DNA of 64,000 nt from Caecitellus pseudoparvulus (Eukaryota; Protista; Bigyra: Bicosoecida), in assembly GCA_965644315.1 (NCBI GenBank), contig CBFFRQ010000079.1, forward strand, positions 124,001 to 188,000. The letters are read 5' to 3'. Position numbers and translations under genes: made by a program. The notes under the pieces are model-generated. The model did no database searches and was not told the origin of the DNA. It saw nothing but the letters and a program-made list of their open reading frames with translations. This document shows, one piece after another, positions 12,888-22,818 of this stretch. The stretch's first letter is position 1; each line of letters opens with the position of its first letter.

Positions 12888-13116
12888 ATTAGCATGTAGT
12901 CGATAGTGGAGCCCCACCAGCTTGCAGTACACGGGGGGGTTTGTGACCTTTTGTTGAAGCTTCTCAAGGCATCTACGGAGGCCTTGGTTGTTTCGAAAGG
13001 TCGCTGTACTAAAAGCGCTGCTTTCGTGCACAGGGACTCCTCCGCAGCAGACTTGCAGTGTGTGGTCGCAGCGAACTCGCGCTGGCAGCCAAAACTGGTG
13101 CCTGCTTCTTGTCGGT

Positions 13117-15197
13117 GCTCCACAGCTCCCCGCTGATGCTGCCGCAGAGTAGCCCGACAAGCGCCCACATTCATACCAACCCACTGCTGCACTGCACGCT
13201 CTCCCTCGTGCTCACCACACTGGTACCTCACAAGCGCGTCTCGCGACAGTTGCGCTGCTGCCACCGCCGCAGCCGCAGCCACCACGCCCCAGGTTCCTGG
13301 CAGGGACGTGGTTGTGCAGTGGCTCGGAGGTGGGGCCAGTCTAGCTGCCCCGTGTCGTGGCAGCGGTGCTGTGAGAGGCCATGGCTCTGTCTCGCGCACT
13401 TCAGCGCCTGCGACCGCTGCAGGAGCGGGTGGGACTGCCGTTGCAGGTATCGAGGCTGCGCTTCCAGTTTCCGCGACGAGTTCGCGGATTCGCAGGGCAA
13501 GGCGCGGCCAAGGCGAGCCTGTGGGCACAGTACAATGCGCTGCTCGCGACACACCCAGTGAAGACCAAGATGGTGACGAGTGGTGTGATTGCCATGCTCG
13601 GTGAGGCAGGGCTGTTGAGCGGGAGTTGCGGGTACGGTGTGTCACGGCCCCTGTCCCACTCCCCCCCCCGGCGCGCAGGTGATGCTGGGTGCCAGTTGCT
13701 GTTTGAAGACGAGGGCTTCTCGGTGAGGCGCCAGCTGGAGCTGGGCGCCATGGGCTTTCTCTTGCGAGGACCTGCCTTGCATGCTTGGTATGGTTTCCTG
13801 TCCAGGGCTGTGACCGGCACGGGGGCGCTGGCGGTGGCGAAGCGCATCCTGCTGGACCAGCTGGTGTTTGCACCCGTCATTGTGTCGTGCATCTTGAGCT
13901 TCTTGGCGGTGGCGCAGGGGCAGGCGGGGGACATCCCACGGCGTATGCAGGAGCAGGTGCCTGGGGCAGTGCTGAACAACTGGAAGGTGTGGCCGGCGGC
14001 GCAGTGTTTGAACTTTGCGCTTGTGCCGGTGCAGCACCAGGTGTTGTTTTCGAACTTGGTGTCCGTGGGGTGGAATGGGTACTTGTCATGGAGTGCGAAC
14101 CAGGAGCGGGCTCGGGGTGCGGCCCTTGCGGCAGCTCGATGTGACTCACCCTCATGCGTGCCGTCTCCCGTCCTACGAGTTGGAGCTCCACAGCTCCCCG
14201 CTGATGCTGCCGCAGAGTAGCCCGACAAGCGCCCACATTCATACCAACCCACTGTTGCACTGCACACTCTCCCTTGTGCTCACCACACTGGTACCTCATA
14301 AGCGCGTCTCGCTACAGTTGCGCTGCTGCCACCGCCGCAGCCGCAGCCGCAGCCACCACGCCCCAGGTTCCTGGCAGGGACGTGGTTGTGCAGTGGCTCG
14401 GAGGTGGGGCCAGTCTAGCTGCCCCGTGTCGTGGCAGCGGTGCTGTGAGAGGCCATGGCTCTGTCTCGCGCACTTCAGCGCCTGCGACCGCTGCAGGAGC
14501 GGGTGGGACTGCCGTTGCAGGTATCGAGGCTGCGCTTCCAGTTTCCGCACCACGGGCGATGGTTCGCAGGGCAAGGCGCGGCCAAGGCGAGCCTGTGGGC
14601 ACAGTACAATGCGCTGCTCGCGACACACCCAGTCCAGACCAAGATGGTGACGAGTGGTGTGATTGCCATGCTCGGTGAGGCAGGGCTGTTGAGCGGGAGT
14701 TGCGGGTACGGTGTGTCACGGCCCCTGTCCCACTCCCCCCCCCGGCGCGCAGGTGATGCTGGGTGCCAGTTGCTGTTTGAAGACGAGGGCTTCTCGGTGA
14801 GGCGCCAGCTGGAGCTGGGCGCCATGGGCTTCTTGCTACTGGGTCCATCGCTGCATGCTTGGTATGGTTTCCTGTCCAGGGCTGTGACCGGCACGGGGGC
14901 GCTGGCGGTGGCGAAGCGCATCCTGCTGGACCAGCTGGTGTTTGCGCCCGTCATTGTGTCGTGCATCTTGAGCTTCTTGGCGGTGGCGCAGGGGCAGGCG
15001 GGGGACATCCCACGGCGTATGCAGGAGCAGGTGCCTGGGGCAGTGCTGAACAACTGGAAGGTGTGGCCGGCGGCACAGTGTTTGAACTTTGCGCTTGTGC
15101 CGGTGCAGCACCAGGTGTTGTTTTCGAACTTGGTGTCCGTGGGGTGGAATGGGTACTTGTCATGGAGTGCGAACCAGGAGCGGGCTCGAGGTGCGGC
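13117..15197 (+). repeat. recent direct tandem duplication (~1.01 kb units 13117-14123 and 14185-15197)
   Basis: Near-identical promoter, exon and intron sequence in both units, separated by ~60 nt of unique sequence. Confidence 0.95.
13381..14220 (+). CDS. MPV17: Mpv17/PMP22 family protein, copy 1
   Basis: YNALLATHPVKTKMVTSG, KRILLDQLVFAP, NWKVWPAAQCLNFALVPVQHQVLFSNLVSVGWNGYLS; intron 13601-13678. Confidence 0.9.
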   Translation: MALSRALQRLRPLQERVGLPLQVSRLRFQFPRRVRGFAGQGAAKASLWAQYNALLATHPVKTKMVTSGVIAMLGEAGLLSGSCGYGVSRPLSHSPPRRAGDAGCQLLFEDEGFSVRRQLELGAMGFLLRGPALHAWYGFLSRAVTGTGALAVAKRILLDQLVFAPVIVSCILSFLAVAQGQAGDIPRRMQEQVPGAVLNNWKVWPAAQCLNFALVPVQHQVLFSNLVSVGWNGYLSWSANQERARGAALAAARCDSPSCVPSPVLRVGAPQLPADAAAE

Positions 15198-15258
15198 GCT
15201 GGAAGCCATGCGGAGCGTAGAAGGGGCCGCATCGCCAGCTGGTAAGCAAGGGGACTAG
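14455..15258 (+). CDS. MPV17: Mpv17/PMP22 family protein, copy 2
   Basis: Same motifs and same 78-nt intron as copy 1; different C-terminus. Confidence 0.9.
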   Translation: MALSRALQRLRPLQERVGLPLQVSRLRFQFPHHGRWFAGQGAAKASLWAQYNALLATHPVQTKMVTSGVIAMLGEAGLLSGSCGYGVSRPLSHSPPRRAGDAGCQLLFEDEGFSVRRQLELGAMGFLLLGPSLHAWYGFLSRAVTGTGALAVAKRILLDQLVFAPVIVSCILSFLAVAQGQAGDIPRRMQEQVPGAVLNNWKVWPAAQCLNFALVPVQHQVLFSNLVSVGWNGYLSWSANQERARGAALEAMRSVEGAASPAGKQGD

Positions 15259-16513
15259 TAAAGTGGGATGTGCATTGATGGACATCTTTACGAGCTTGCT
15301 CAAGGCGATGCTTAGCGGCTGTTGTACAGCCCTTGGCGCAACACGGTGAACAGGGTTTGGTCTGCTCAGCGCATGGAGCAAGAGAGCAACCTCATGGTGG
15401 CCAGGGGTTCACGACGCATCGGTTCCAGGTCTTCAACGCAGATCATGTGCCACTAGGTTTGTTCTGTCAAGGTTTGGCGCCGCAGTTTAGAGATGGTGCG
15501 CGTGGCTCACTTGCACCAGGGGGTGCTGCCGGCCTTCGGACTGAATCTGGCCACCACCATTGCAAAAGCACCGACAATCTACATCTGCACACGTCATTGA
15601 ATGTTTGCCGCGCACTCTTGAACACCATCATGTGAAGGGTCGTGGCATGCACTTGCCATGTCGACGTGCCAACTTGCAGCAGCGGAGGTTGATTTCAACT
15701 GGCGTTTCACCTCAGCAGCTCTTGCGTACGTCATCCATGCCAAATGTGCTGCAGGGCCCCTTGGCCGCCCTCAGCAACAGGAACTCCTCTTGTCAATCCT
15801 CTTATGGGTTTAGGCTGGCTTGAAAGTGCGTCGGTGGATCGTGGCTGTCGCTACGCTGAATCTTGATCTTGTGGCGGAATAGGTGGCGCCCGCATTCTTG
15901 CATGTGGACTTTCCCGCCGTTGCACGCAGCCGTGTGCATAGTGATTGAGTACAGGGGATGCTTTCCAAACAGCCTCCCCCTCAGCTGCCTTCTATCTTTG
16001 CAGTAGCGCCGAGGGCACGTGTGGGGCACGCAGCGCGCTTCCTGGCTCTGTGTGGCGCTGGCACGCTCATCCAGGCGCACATGGAATCTGGACCCCCTGA
16101 GGCCCCTCCGCCACCGGAGCCGCGGCAGCGGGTACACCTTGCCGCGCAACCTCCAGGAAGGCGACGAAGGGCACCCCATGGTGCCCTGGAGCTTCAGAAT
16201 CAGTGCGTGTTTTCCAAGGGGGGGTCGCGTTTTCGGCCTGATAGGGGCTGCTGGTGCACTCGCCGCACCCGTCCAAACTCCAAACACTTGCCCCTTCACG
16301 CATCCAGCCCTCGCTACACACACATGCTAGCACGTGCCTGCCTGTGCTCTTTTTCGTGCAAACAGCACAAGTCTCTCGCTTCCTCCGTTATCGTGCGTCG
16401 CTTCGCTATCTTTAGCCTGGCGCTTGGCGGCTGCCTTGTGCCCAAGCTCACACAACACACATCCTGCACTTGCCCTGAACCCTTGCTCTGCAGCTTGAAG
16501 CCTGCATTTGAAG

Positions 16514-17323
16514 ATGGCCTTCAGCCGCGCTGCACGCCTTGTTCGTCAGCTGCCAGCTTCGCCATTCGTTCGACGCTTGTCGGCTGGCAGAGCCACACTA
16601 CAGTCGGGGGCTCGAGAGGCAAGCAGGGGCACCGCGCGGCCAAGCCTGTGGGCACGCTACACTGCCCTACTGGAGTCTCATCCACTTCCCACCAAGATGG
16701 CAACGAGCGGGATAATTGCGATGATTGGTGAGCTTCCCTTGCGCGAGCGACTGAAGGCCCCTCCTCGCCACACTCGCTCGCCCGCCTCGCTTCGTGCTGC
16801 AGGCGATGCTGGATGCCAATTGCTCATCGAGGGCACCCCGTGGCGGGAATTTTCATGGGCCCGCCAGGCCCAAATTGGCAGCATGGGCTTCCTCATGCTT
16901 GGCCCAGGCCTGCATGCGTGGTACATGCTGCTGGCTAGTGTGTTCCCAGGCACTGGCATGGCCGCGTCCTTGAAGCGGCTGGCAGCAGACCAGCTTATTT
17001 TTGCACCAATTCTTATTTCAAGCACCCTGAGCTTCCTGGCGGCAGTGCAAGGCCATGCCGATGACATCCCGCGTCGCCTGCGGGAGCAGGTGCCTGGCGC
17101 AGTGCTAGACAACTGGAAGGTGCGCCCCTTGACCCAGTTTGTGAACTTCACGTTTGTCCCAGTGCAGCACCAGGTGCTGTACACGAACTGCATGGCGGTC
17201 ATCTGGAACGGATACCTCTCCTGGAGTGCCAACCGAGAGCGTGCCAGCCGAGTTGAGGCCTCGGCAGCTGCCAAGGCTGCTGCAGCTGCTCCTGCTCCTG
17301 CAGTGGCTGCTGCGCCAGCATGA
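16514..17323 (+). CDS. MPV17: Mpv17/PMP22 family protein, copy 3 (older paralogue)
   Basis: YTALLESHPLPTKMATSG, DQLIFAP, NWKVRPLTQFVNFTFVPVQHQVLY; intron 16728-16802 at the same codon position as in copies 1 and 2. Confidence 0.9.
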   Translation: MAFSRAARLVRQLPASPFVRRLSAGRATLQSGAREASRGTARPSLWARYTALLESHPLPTKMATSGIIAMIGELPLRERLKAPPRHTRSPASLRAAGDAGCQLLIEGTPWREFSWARQAQIGSMGFLMLGPGLHAWYMLLASVFPGTGMAASLKRLAADQLIFAPILISSTLSFLAAVQGHADDIPRRLREQVPGAVLDNWKVRPLTQFVNFTFVPVQHQVLYTNCMAVIWNGYLSWSANRERASRVEASAAAKAAAAAPAPAVAAAPA

Positions 17324-17397
17324 GAGGTCGCTGTCTTGTCTGTTCAATGCCACCTTTGAATTGTGGTGTTGGCTTGTTGTTGTAATGCATGTCGCCG

Positions 17398-20300
17398 CTA
17401 CCCCCTCCCTTCGGCACGGCCTCGGCGCTTTCCGGCTGCCGCTTTGCTAAGCAGCAGTCTAATTTGTCGCTCAGCTGTCTCCAACTCACCCTGCAGCACG
17501 ATGGCCCTTGTTTGGTGCGCGAGACCGCTCTTTTCGGACACTTGGAGCTGGCCAAGCAACGTCGACTCGTCTGCTGTTACTGTTAAGCTTTGAGGTAAGC
17601 GGGCCATGCTCTTCACCTGCTCTTGGGCTGTGGCAAGCCTTGCGCGCGCCTCGACAAGTTCATCTTTCAGCGCCTTGATTGTCGCACGTGCGCGCTTCCA
17701 CGTTGCAGCGTCCGCGCCGCCTCTTGCAGCTTCAGCCTGTGCACTGTGTGGTGCTGGAGCCACCCCCGCCGCACGCTCTGCAGCCGACAGCGCCTCTTCC
17801 AGGTCGGCTTGTGTGCGCCTGAGCCGGCTCTGAAGCTCAGATTTGTCTTCATGTAGTGCCGCCACTTCATGCCGCAGTCGGGGCACTTCCAGCCGCAGAC
17901 GCTTCAGCTCCCCGGCACTGTCGCCGTCCAAGGCACCCTCCGGGCCACCCTCACCAGCAGAGGGCATACCAGGGCCACCACCTGGAGGCCCACCACCTCC
18001 AGTGCCATTCCACATCCAGGGAGGCGAGTACCACAGCCAAGGTGGGATATTTGGCGGGTGGCTGGACCCGGGGCCGGGCGGCGCATCTGCGAAGGGCGTA
18101 GCACCAGGCGCCCGGCCTGCACCAGCTCGCAGGGACGCCAGCTCCGCCCGCATGTCTGCGACCACGGAGGCGATCTCTGCCTTGCTGGAACCCCCTGCTG
18201 CGGCAAGGGCGGCTTCAGCGCGCTCCAGGCGCCCTCGCAGCTCTTCGGCTTGCCGAGCGTAGCCCAGCACTGCTTCCTGAAGCGGGTCTGAGCCGCCGCT
18301 ACCACCACCTGCCCTCCATGAACCCTTCAAGGCCGCCTCCAACCCATCACGACCTTGGGCGTTTCGTACACGCTCAGCTGTGAGCTCGCGTTGGGCTCTG
18401 GCTAGCCCCTCCTGCAGAGTCTTCACGGAGCTGCGCAAGCTTGCAAGCTCCGAAGAGCCCGCATCACCATGAGAGGTAGTGCCCGCCGCACCCCAGCGCC
18501 CCGAAACCTGACCATCGTGTGAGTGAAGGGCAAGGACAGCTGCGTCAGAGCCTGGCATGGGCGCTGGGCGAATGCCAGCAGCCGCCAGCTGCGCCGTGAG
18601 GGAGTCCCCCCACACCTGCATCTGCACCAAGCCCTGAGAGAGGGCCACTTTTTCTTCCTCCGCCTCAATCAACGCGTTGAGGGTTTCCTCCTTGTCCCCT
18701 GCCATGGCGGCGCACCGGCCGTAGGCATCCCGGAGACGAGCCAGAAGCTTCTCTCGCTCACCCTTGTACTGCGCCGCATCAAGTTCCGAGGGCAGGCCAG
18801 AGCCATCGGGGCCCTCCAAATCCTCCGCCGACGCCGCGGCATGTGATGCTTTCAGCGCCTCCAGCTCGGCCACAGCAGCTGCAGCCGCTGCAGCTTCGGC
18901 CTTGGCGCGCTCCTCAGCACCTGCCACAGCATCTGAGATGCGTGCCTTTACCTCATCCTCGGGAACGCCGCCACCGATAGAAGCCAACTTGCGCTTCAGG
19001 CGCTTGGCCATGGAATGGGCTGCTTCCTGCGCCAGGCGTGCGTGGCGCAGTTGGAGCCGGTACCGCTTGATCAGCCCACGGGCAGGATCATGGTTCACGA
19101 TGGGGCAGCAGCGCACGCGAGACAGGAGGTCGCACAGGTGCAGCGTGGCACAGGCCGCCTCCGTGTCGTCCCCTCCATCCACAAGGCCAATGCCAACGGT
19201 GACGGCGTTCAGCCCAAGGGCGTCCTGAAGCAGGCGCGTCAGGGGGTGCATGCGGCCTGCATCTGCTGCGGCCCCTGACGCACCCGGTGTGGCCAGCATG
19301 GCGAGTGTGTTGTTCAAGGCAGCGATGCCCTTGCTTGTTGGCAGACGGGTGGAGATCTGAGGGGCGGGCCCCGTGCCCAGCACCGGCAGTGGCGGAGGCG
19401 GAGAAGCCTTCGGCTCCCTGACCGCAGCGCCCGCTCTGGACAGGGGCGGCAGCTTGCCGCCCAAGGCAGCTGATGCAGGGCGAGCTGAGGAAGGACGTGC
19501 CTCAGCCTCCAGGCTCTCTCCTTGCGCGAGGGCCGAACCAAGCCACTTCATCCCTCCCACATCCACCAGCCACAGCGTGGAGCGCAGCTCCTGCGTCTGC
19601 GCAGCAGGGTGAGCCTGGTCGGCGCCACCCCCGCTCGCACTGGACTGCGACGTGCTGCGGGGTGTCGGGGCACTGGCGTGGAGGGTTGTGACTTGCTCCA
19701 CTGTAACCTTCACGACAGATGTGGCCAGGGCGCTGGGCGGCGTGAAGGCGTCCTCATACGCGAGACTGGGGAGCAGGCTGGGTGTCGGCGTTGAGTGGCG
19801 CTTGCGCTGCACCTTACTCAGCACCGAAGGGGCCACCTTCCTCCACTCGCTGTCGGCCTCGTCTCGCAGGCCCCGCCGCGCGACGAGGCCAGCGGCTACG
19901 CTCGCGATGGCTTCGTGGGCAGATGCAACGGGGCCCAGCACACGCGCGTTGGAGACGAACATGCCATCTTCCACATCCAGCACAACAGCGGGAGTACCAC
20001 GACCTTCGCTGCCTCGGGGAGATGCAGCGCGGCTGCCAGCGGAGGGGGCCCTGGCGCTGACATCACTGCCGCGGGAGCCCAGCTCGCCCCGGCCAGCTAG
20101 AGTGGGCAGACTCTGCGTCCCTGGCAGCTCTGCAAGCAAGTCCACGACCCCCATGCCAACAAAGTCAACAGCTTGGATGAATACCATGTACTCTAACCTG
20201 GCGCCGTGCTCTTGCCGTGCCACGCTGGAGGCTTTCGCGGAAAGGCCTGCAAAAAGTCCTTGGAGCGCCGCCGGCACAACGCCTGCGTCCACCACAGGAC

Positions 20301-20839
20301 CAGAGCCGCCCGGGAGCGCAGCGAAGAGAGCCCCCTTGGCACTCAAGGCGCCAGGGCTCTGCGATGCCGTCCCCACAACGAAGGCTGCCGCGGACACGCC
20401 CTGCAGGACAGCCTCCACCACTGGAGCCGCCACGACACTGGCTGCATCGTGCAGGGGCAGGGATGGTGGCATCACACTTTCAGGCCTGAAGACGAAGATG
20501 GCAGGCGGAGAAGAAGTCTTTCCATCGCTGACTGTGACAGCATCTTCCTGGGTAGACACAGTGCCTGCGCAGGGGGCACGGCAGGTGTTGTTTCATGCGC
20601 GTTTCGATCTCCCCACACGAATGGTGCAGCGCCTTGCCCAGGGTGGGCGGGAGGCCGCCTGCAGGAGTCGGATGACGGGAGAAAACGTGCAAGGTGGCAC
20701 GCACCTCCATTCGCCCGCTGGCCGTCCTGGACATGCACAAACACCTGGGGGAGGCGAGGGAGCACGTGACCAGTCGCGATTGACAAGCCACCTTCACGTG
20801 AGAGCTTACCTGGCTGGGAATGCCATCGGAAGCATCCAT
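17398..20839 (-). CDS. degenerate kinesin motor domain plus coiled coil with CCDC78/DUF4472-like segment
   Basis: VVEAVLQGVSAAAFVVG, LWLVDVGG, PLTRLLQDALGLNAVTVGIG (kinesin scaffold); LIEAEEEKVALSQGLVQMQV in the tail; short 5' exons from MDASDGIPSQ. Confidence 0.75.
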
Positions 20840-21395
20840 GCTGGACAGGCGAGGTGATTAGCCCGGTGACGTCCCCCGCAGCGTATTGTGTGCCCTGGCG
20901 TCTCTTGTTGCTCTTGCCCTGGTCTTGAAGGCCTTGACAGGGAAGACTGGTCGCTGCGACAGGGGGCAGTTTCGCAGACTGTCCTCCCAGTCATGAGCTA
21001 GCGGTTCAGCAATCCAGCGCAGGCGGCCGGGGCTAGTGAGAAAACAAGTGCAGTGTATCGAGGACTCTCTTGTCCCGCTTTTTAGTTTTGGTTTGGCGTG
21101 CACGGGCTTCCGCGCGCAATGAGGCAGTTCGAGCTCTGTAGCAGCGCCAGCATCTGCCGGTTGCCAGCGCGACGCGGTCTCGCTGGCACAAGCCCGCGTA
21201 AAATTCACGACACCATTGACACCACCGCGCAGTCTCTGGGATCTTACTTGCAGTGCAGCTTTTCGACTGCAAACAGTGCGAACCTCTCAGCTTGTGGTGA
21301 CGGTGAGGCGTCCCTGCCCACAGACGCCTCGAGTGCAGCCTGAGTCCTGTGCAGGGCCGGGCCACAGATCCATTGTGGTATCACGAAAGGCAAAA

Positions 21396-22253
21396 ATGAA
21401 ATTGCTTGTGTCTCTCTTGGTCCTGTCGTTGGCGCTGCGAAGCGTGTGTGAGTGCGGTCGAGGCTGCGGCGGCGTTTCGAGCACGCGTTACACGCAGCCC
21501 CGACAGCCAAGCATTGCATTTCCTCCCGCCCCGCTGCCAGATGCGCAAGAAGGAGCAACTGACGGCGCGCAGGGAATATTTTCAAACACCACCGTGGTAA
21601 CCGCCGTGGTAATTTCCTCCATTGTCGCTGCTCTCATCGTCGCATGTGAGAGCTGCAGTGTGTGGAGGTCTGTGGTGCAGCGTGCCTCACTCGACGCTGC
21701 GCCCACCCTTGCACAGATGTGGTGTATCGCCAGACCATCCCTGATGACATGGATGTTCAGTGGGCGCGTCACTACTACGGCTCGTGAGTGTGCGAGTGCC
21801 GTGGCTGTCTGGCCGGTTCGAGCGGCAGGAATTGACCGCCTCAGCTGCACCACGCCTCGGCTGCCCTGCAGAAACGCAAAGAAGAAGGCAAAGCGCCAAG
21901 GCAGGGACGACAAAGACGATATGGATGCGGTGCAGGACCAGCATGCTCAGTACTATGCTGCGGGGGGAGAGGCAGCAGCTCAGGAGTCTAAAGGGGCCGA
22001 CTCGCACCATCGAGTGGATGTTCGCCAAGCAGCACCCGCACCTGCACCGGCAGCTTCTGGCGGCATGGACTACTATCGCTCCCAGCAGGGCGGCAACAAC
22101 GGTGTGCGGTCTCGCCAGGGTGGCGGCTCCAGTGCGGCAGTCACGACGGTGACATCCCCCCAGCCTGCACGCCGAATCAGCCACTCCAGAGCTGCCAGCG
22201 GGGGAGGCTCAGGTGGCGGCCAAGCCACCCTTGTCATCGATGATGAGGACTGA
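21396..22253 (+). CDS. small single-pass membrane protein with signal peptide, unknown function
   Basis: Introns 21448-21540, 21646-21716 and 21784-21871 give MKLLVSLLVLSLALRSVYA|QEG...TVVTAVVISSIVAALIVAYVVYRQTIPDDMDVQWARHYYGSNAKKK... Confidence 0.7.
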   Translation: MKLLVSLLVLSLALRSVCECGRGCGGVSSTRYTQPRQPSIAFPPAPLPDAQEGATDGAQGIFSNTTVVTAVVISSIVAALIVACESCSVWRSVVQRASLDAAPTLAQMWCIARPSLMTWMFSGRVTTTARECASAVAVWPVRAAGIDRLSCTTPRLPCRNAKKKAKRQGRDDKDDMDAVQDQHAQYYAAGGEAAAQESKGADSHHRVDVRQAAPAPAPAASGGMDYYRSQQGGNNGVRSRQGGGSSAAVTTVTSPQPARRISHSRAASGGGSGGGQATLVIDDED

Positions 22254-22818
22254 GCTGTGGCCCCAACGCAATGCACCGTGTTTTGATGCAGTTCAGTGGA
22301 CGGGGTACAGGGCAGCGGTGTCGTCTTCCGCTGCCGAGTGTGGGGTGTCTGGTTGGTCAGTGCTCAGGCTTCCGCCATCCTCACTGGTGGGCGCCCTGCC
22401 ACGGGTCAAGCCTGGCGGGTCATGGTCCTCACGTGTCTGCATGCCGCACTGCCCCAGTTTTCGATGCCCGTGGTGAGTAGAGCGGTACAGCTGCATGTTC
22501 GTCAGGGTGGCGCGTTTGGCGCGGGCCCAGGTCTGTGTGGGCGGGGCAAGAGGAGGGGTGTCAAGCAATGCGGCGGTGGTTGCGGCAGGTGCAAGTCAGC
22601 AGCAAACAAGCTTGGATGGGGTGGGGTGGGGGAAGGAAATCATAGGCATTGTGGAGGAAGCAGGGAGGGAGCACGGCGCCCACTCCCCTCCAGCTCCTCA
22701 AGCTGGTCACTCAAAATCGCACATCACAGGTAGCTTCACACGCAAGCATGTAGACAAGGCACAGTGCAGCAAGGCAGGGTGCAGGTGGGCAGGGGAGGGG
22801 GTGGGCGCCCTGCCGAGC

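Noticed and set aside
12866-13000. Minus-strand VDALRSF...SWWGSTIDYMLI, reminiscent of an EEP/APE endonuclease motif
   Set aside because: No other EEP motifs; it runs into the tRNA TATA region, and the rest of the ORF is antisense to Mpv17; likely chance
672-16802. Several stop-free 3n introns (69, 78, 78, 75 nt) suggesting regulated intron retention
   Set aside because: Three are paralogous, stops are rare at this GC content, and many other introns are not 3n
21216-22253. 345 aa single-exon ORF
   Set aside because: Contains three canonical introns; the exon between introns 2 and 3 is read in another frame in the spliced model
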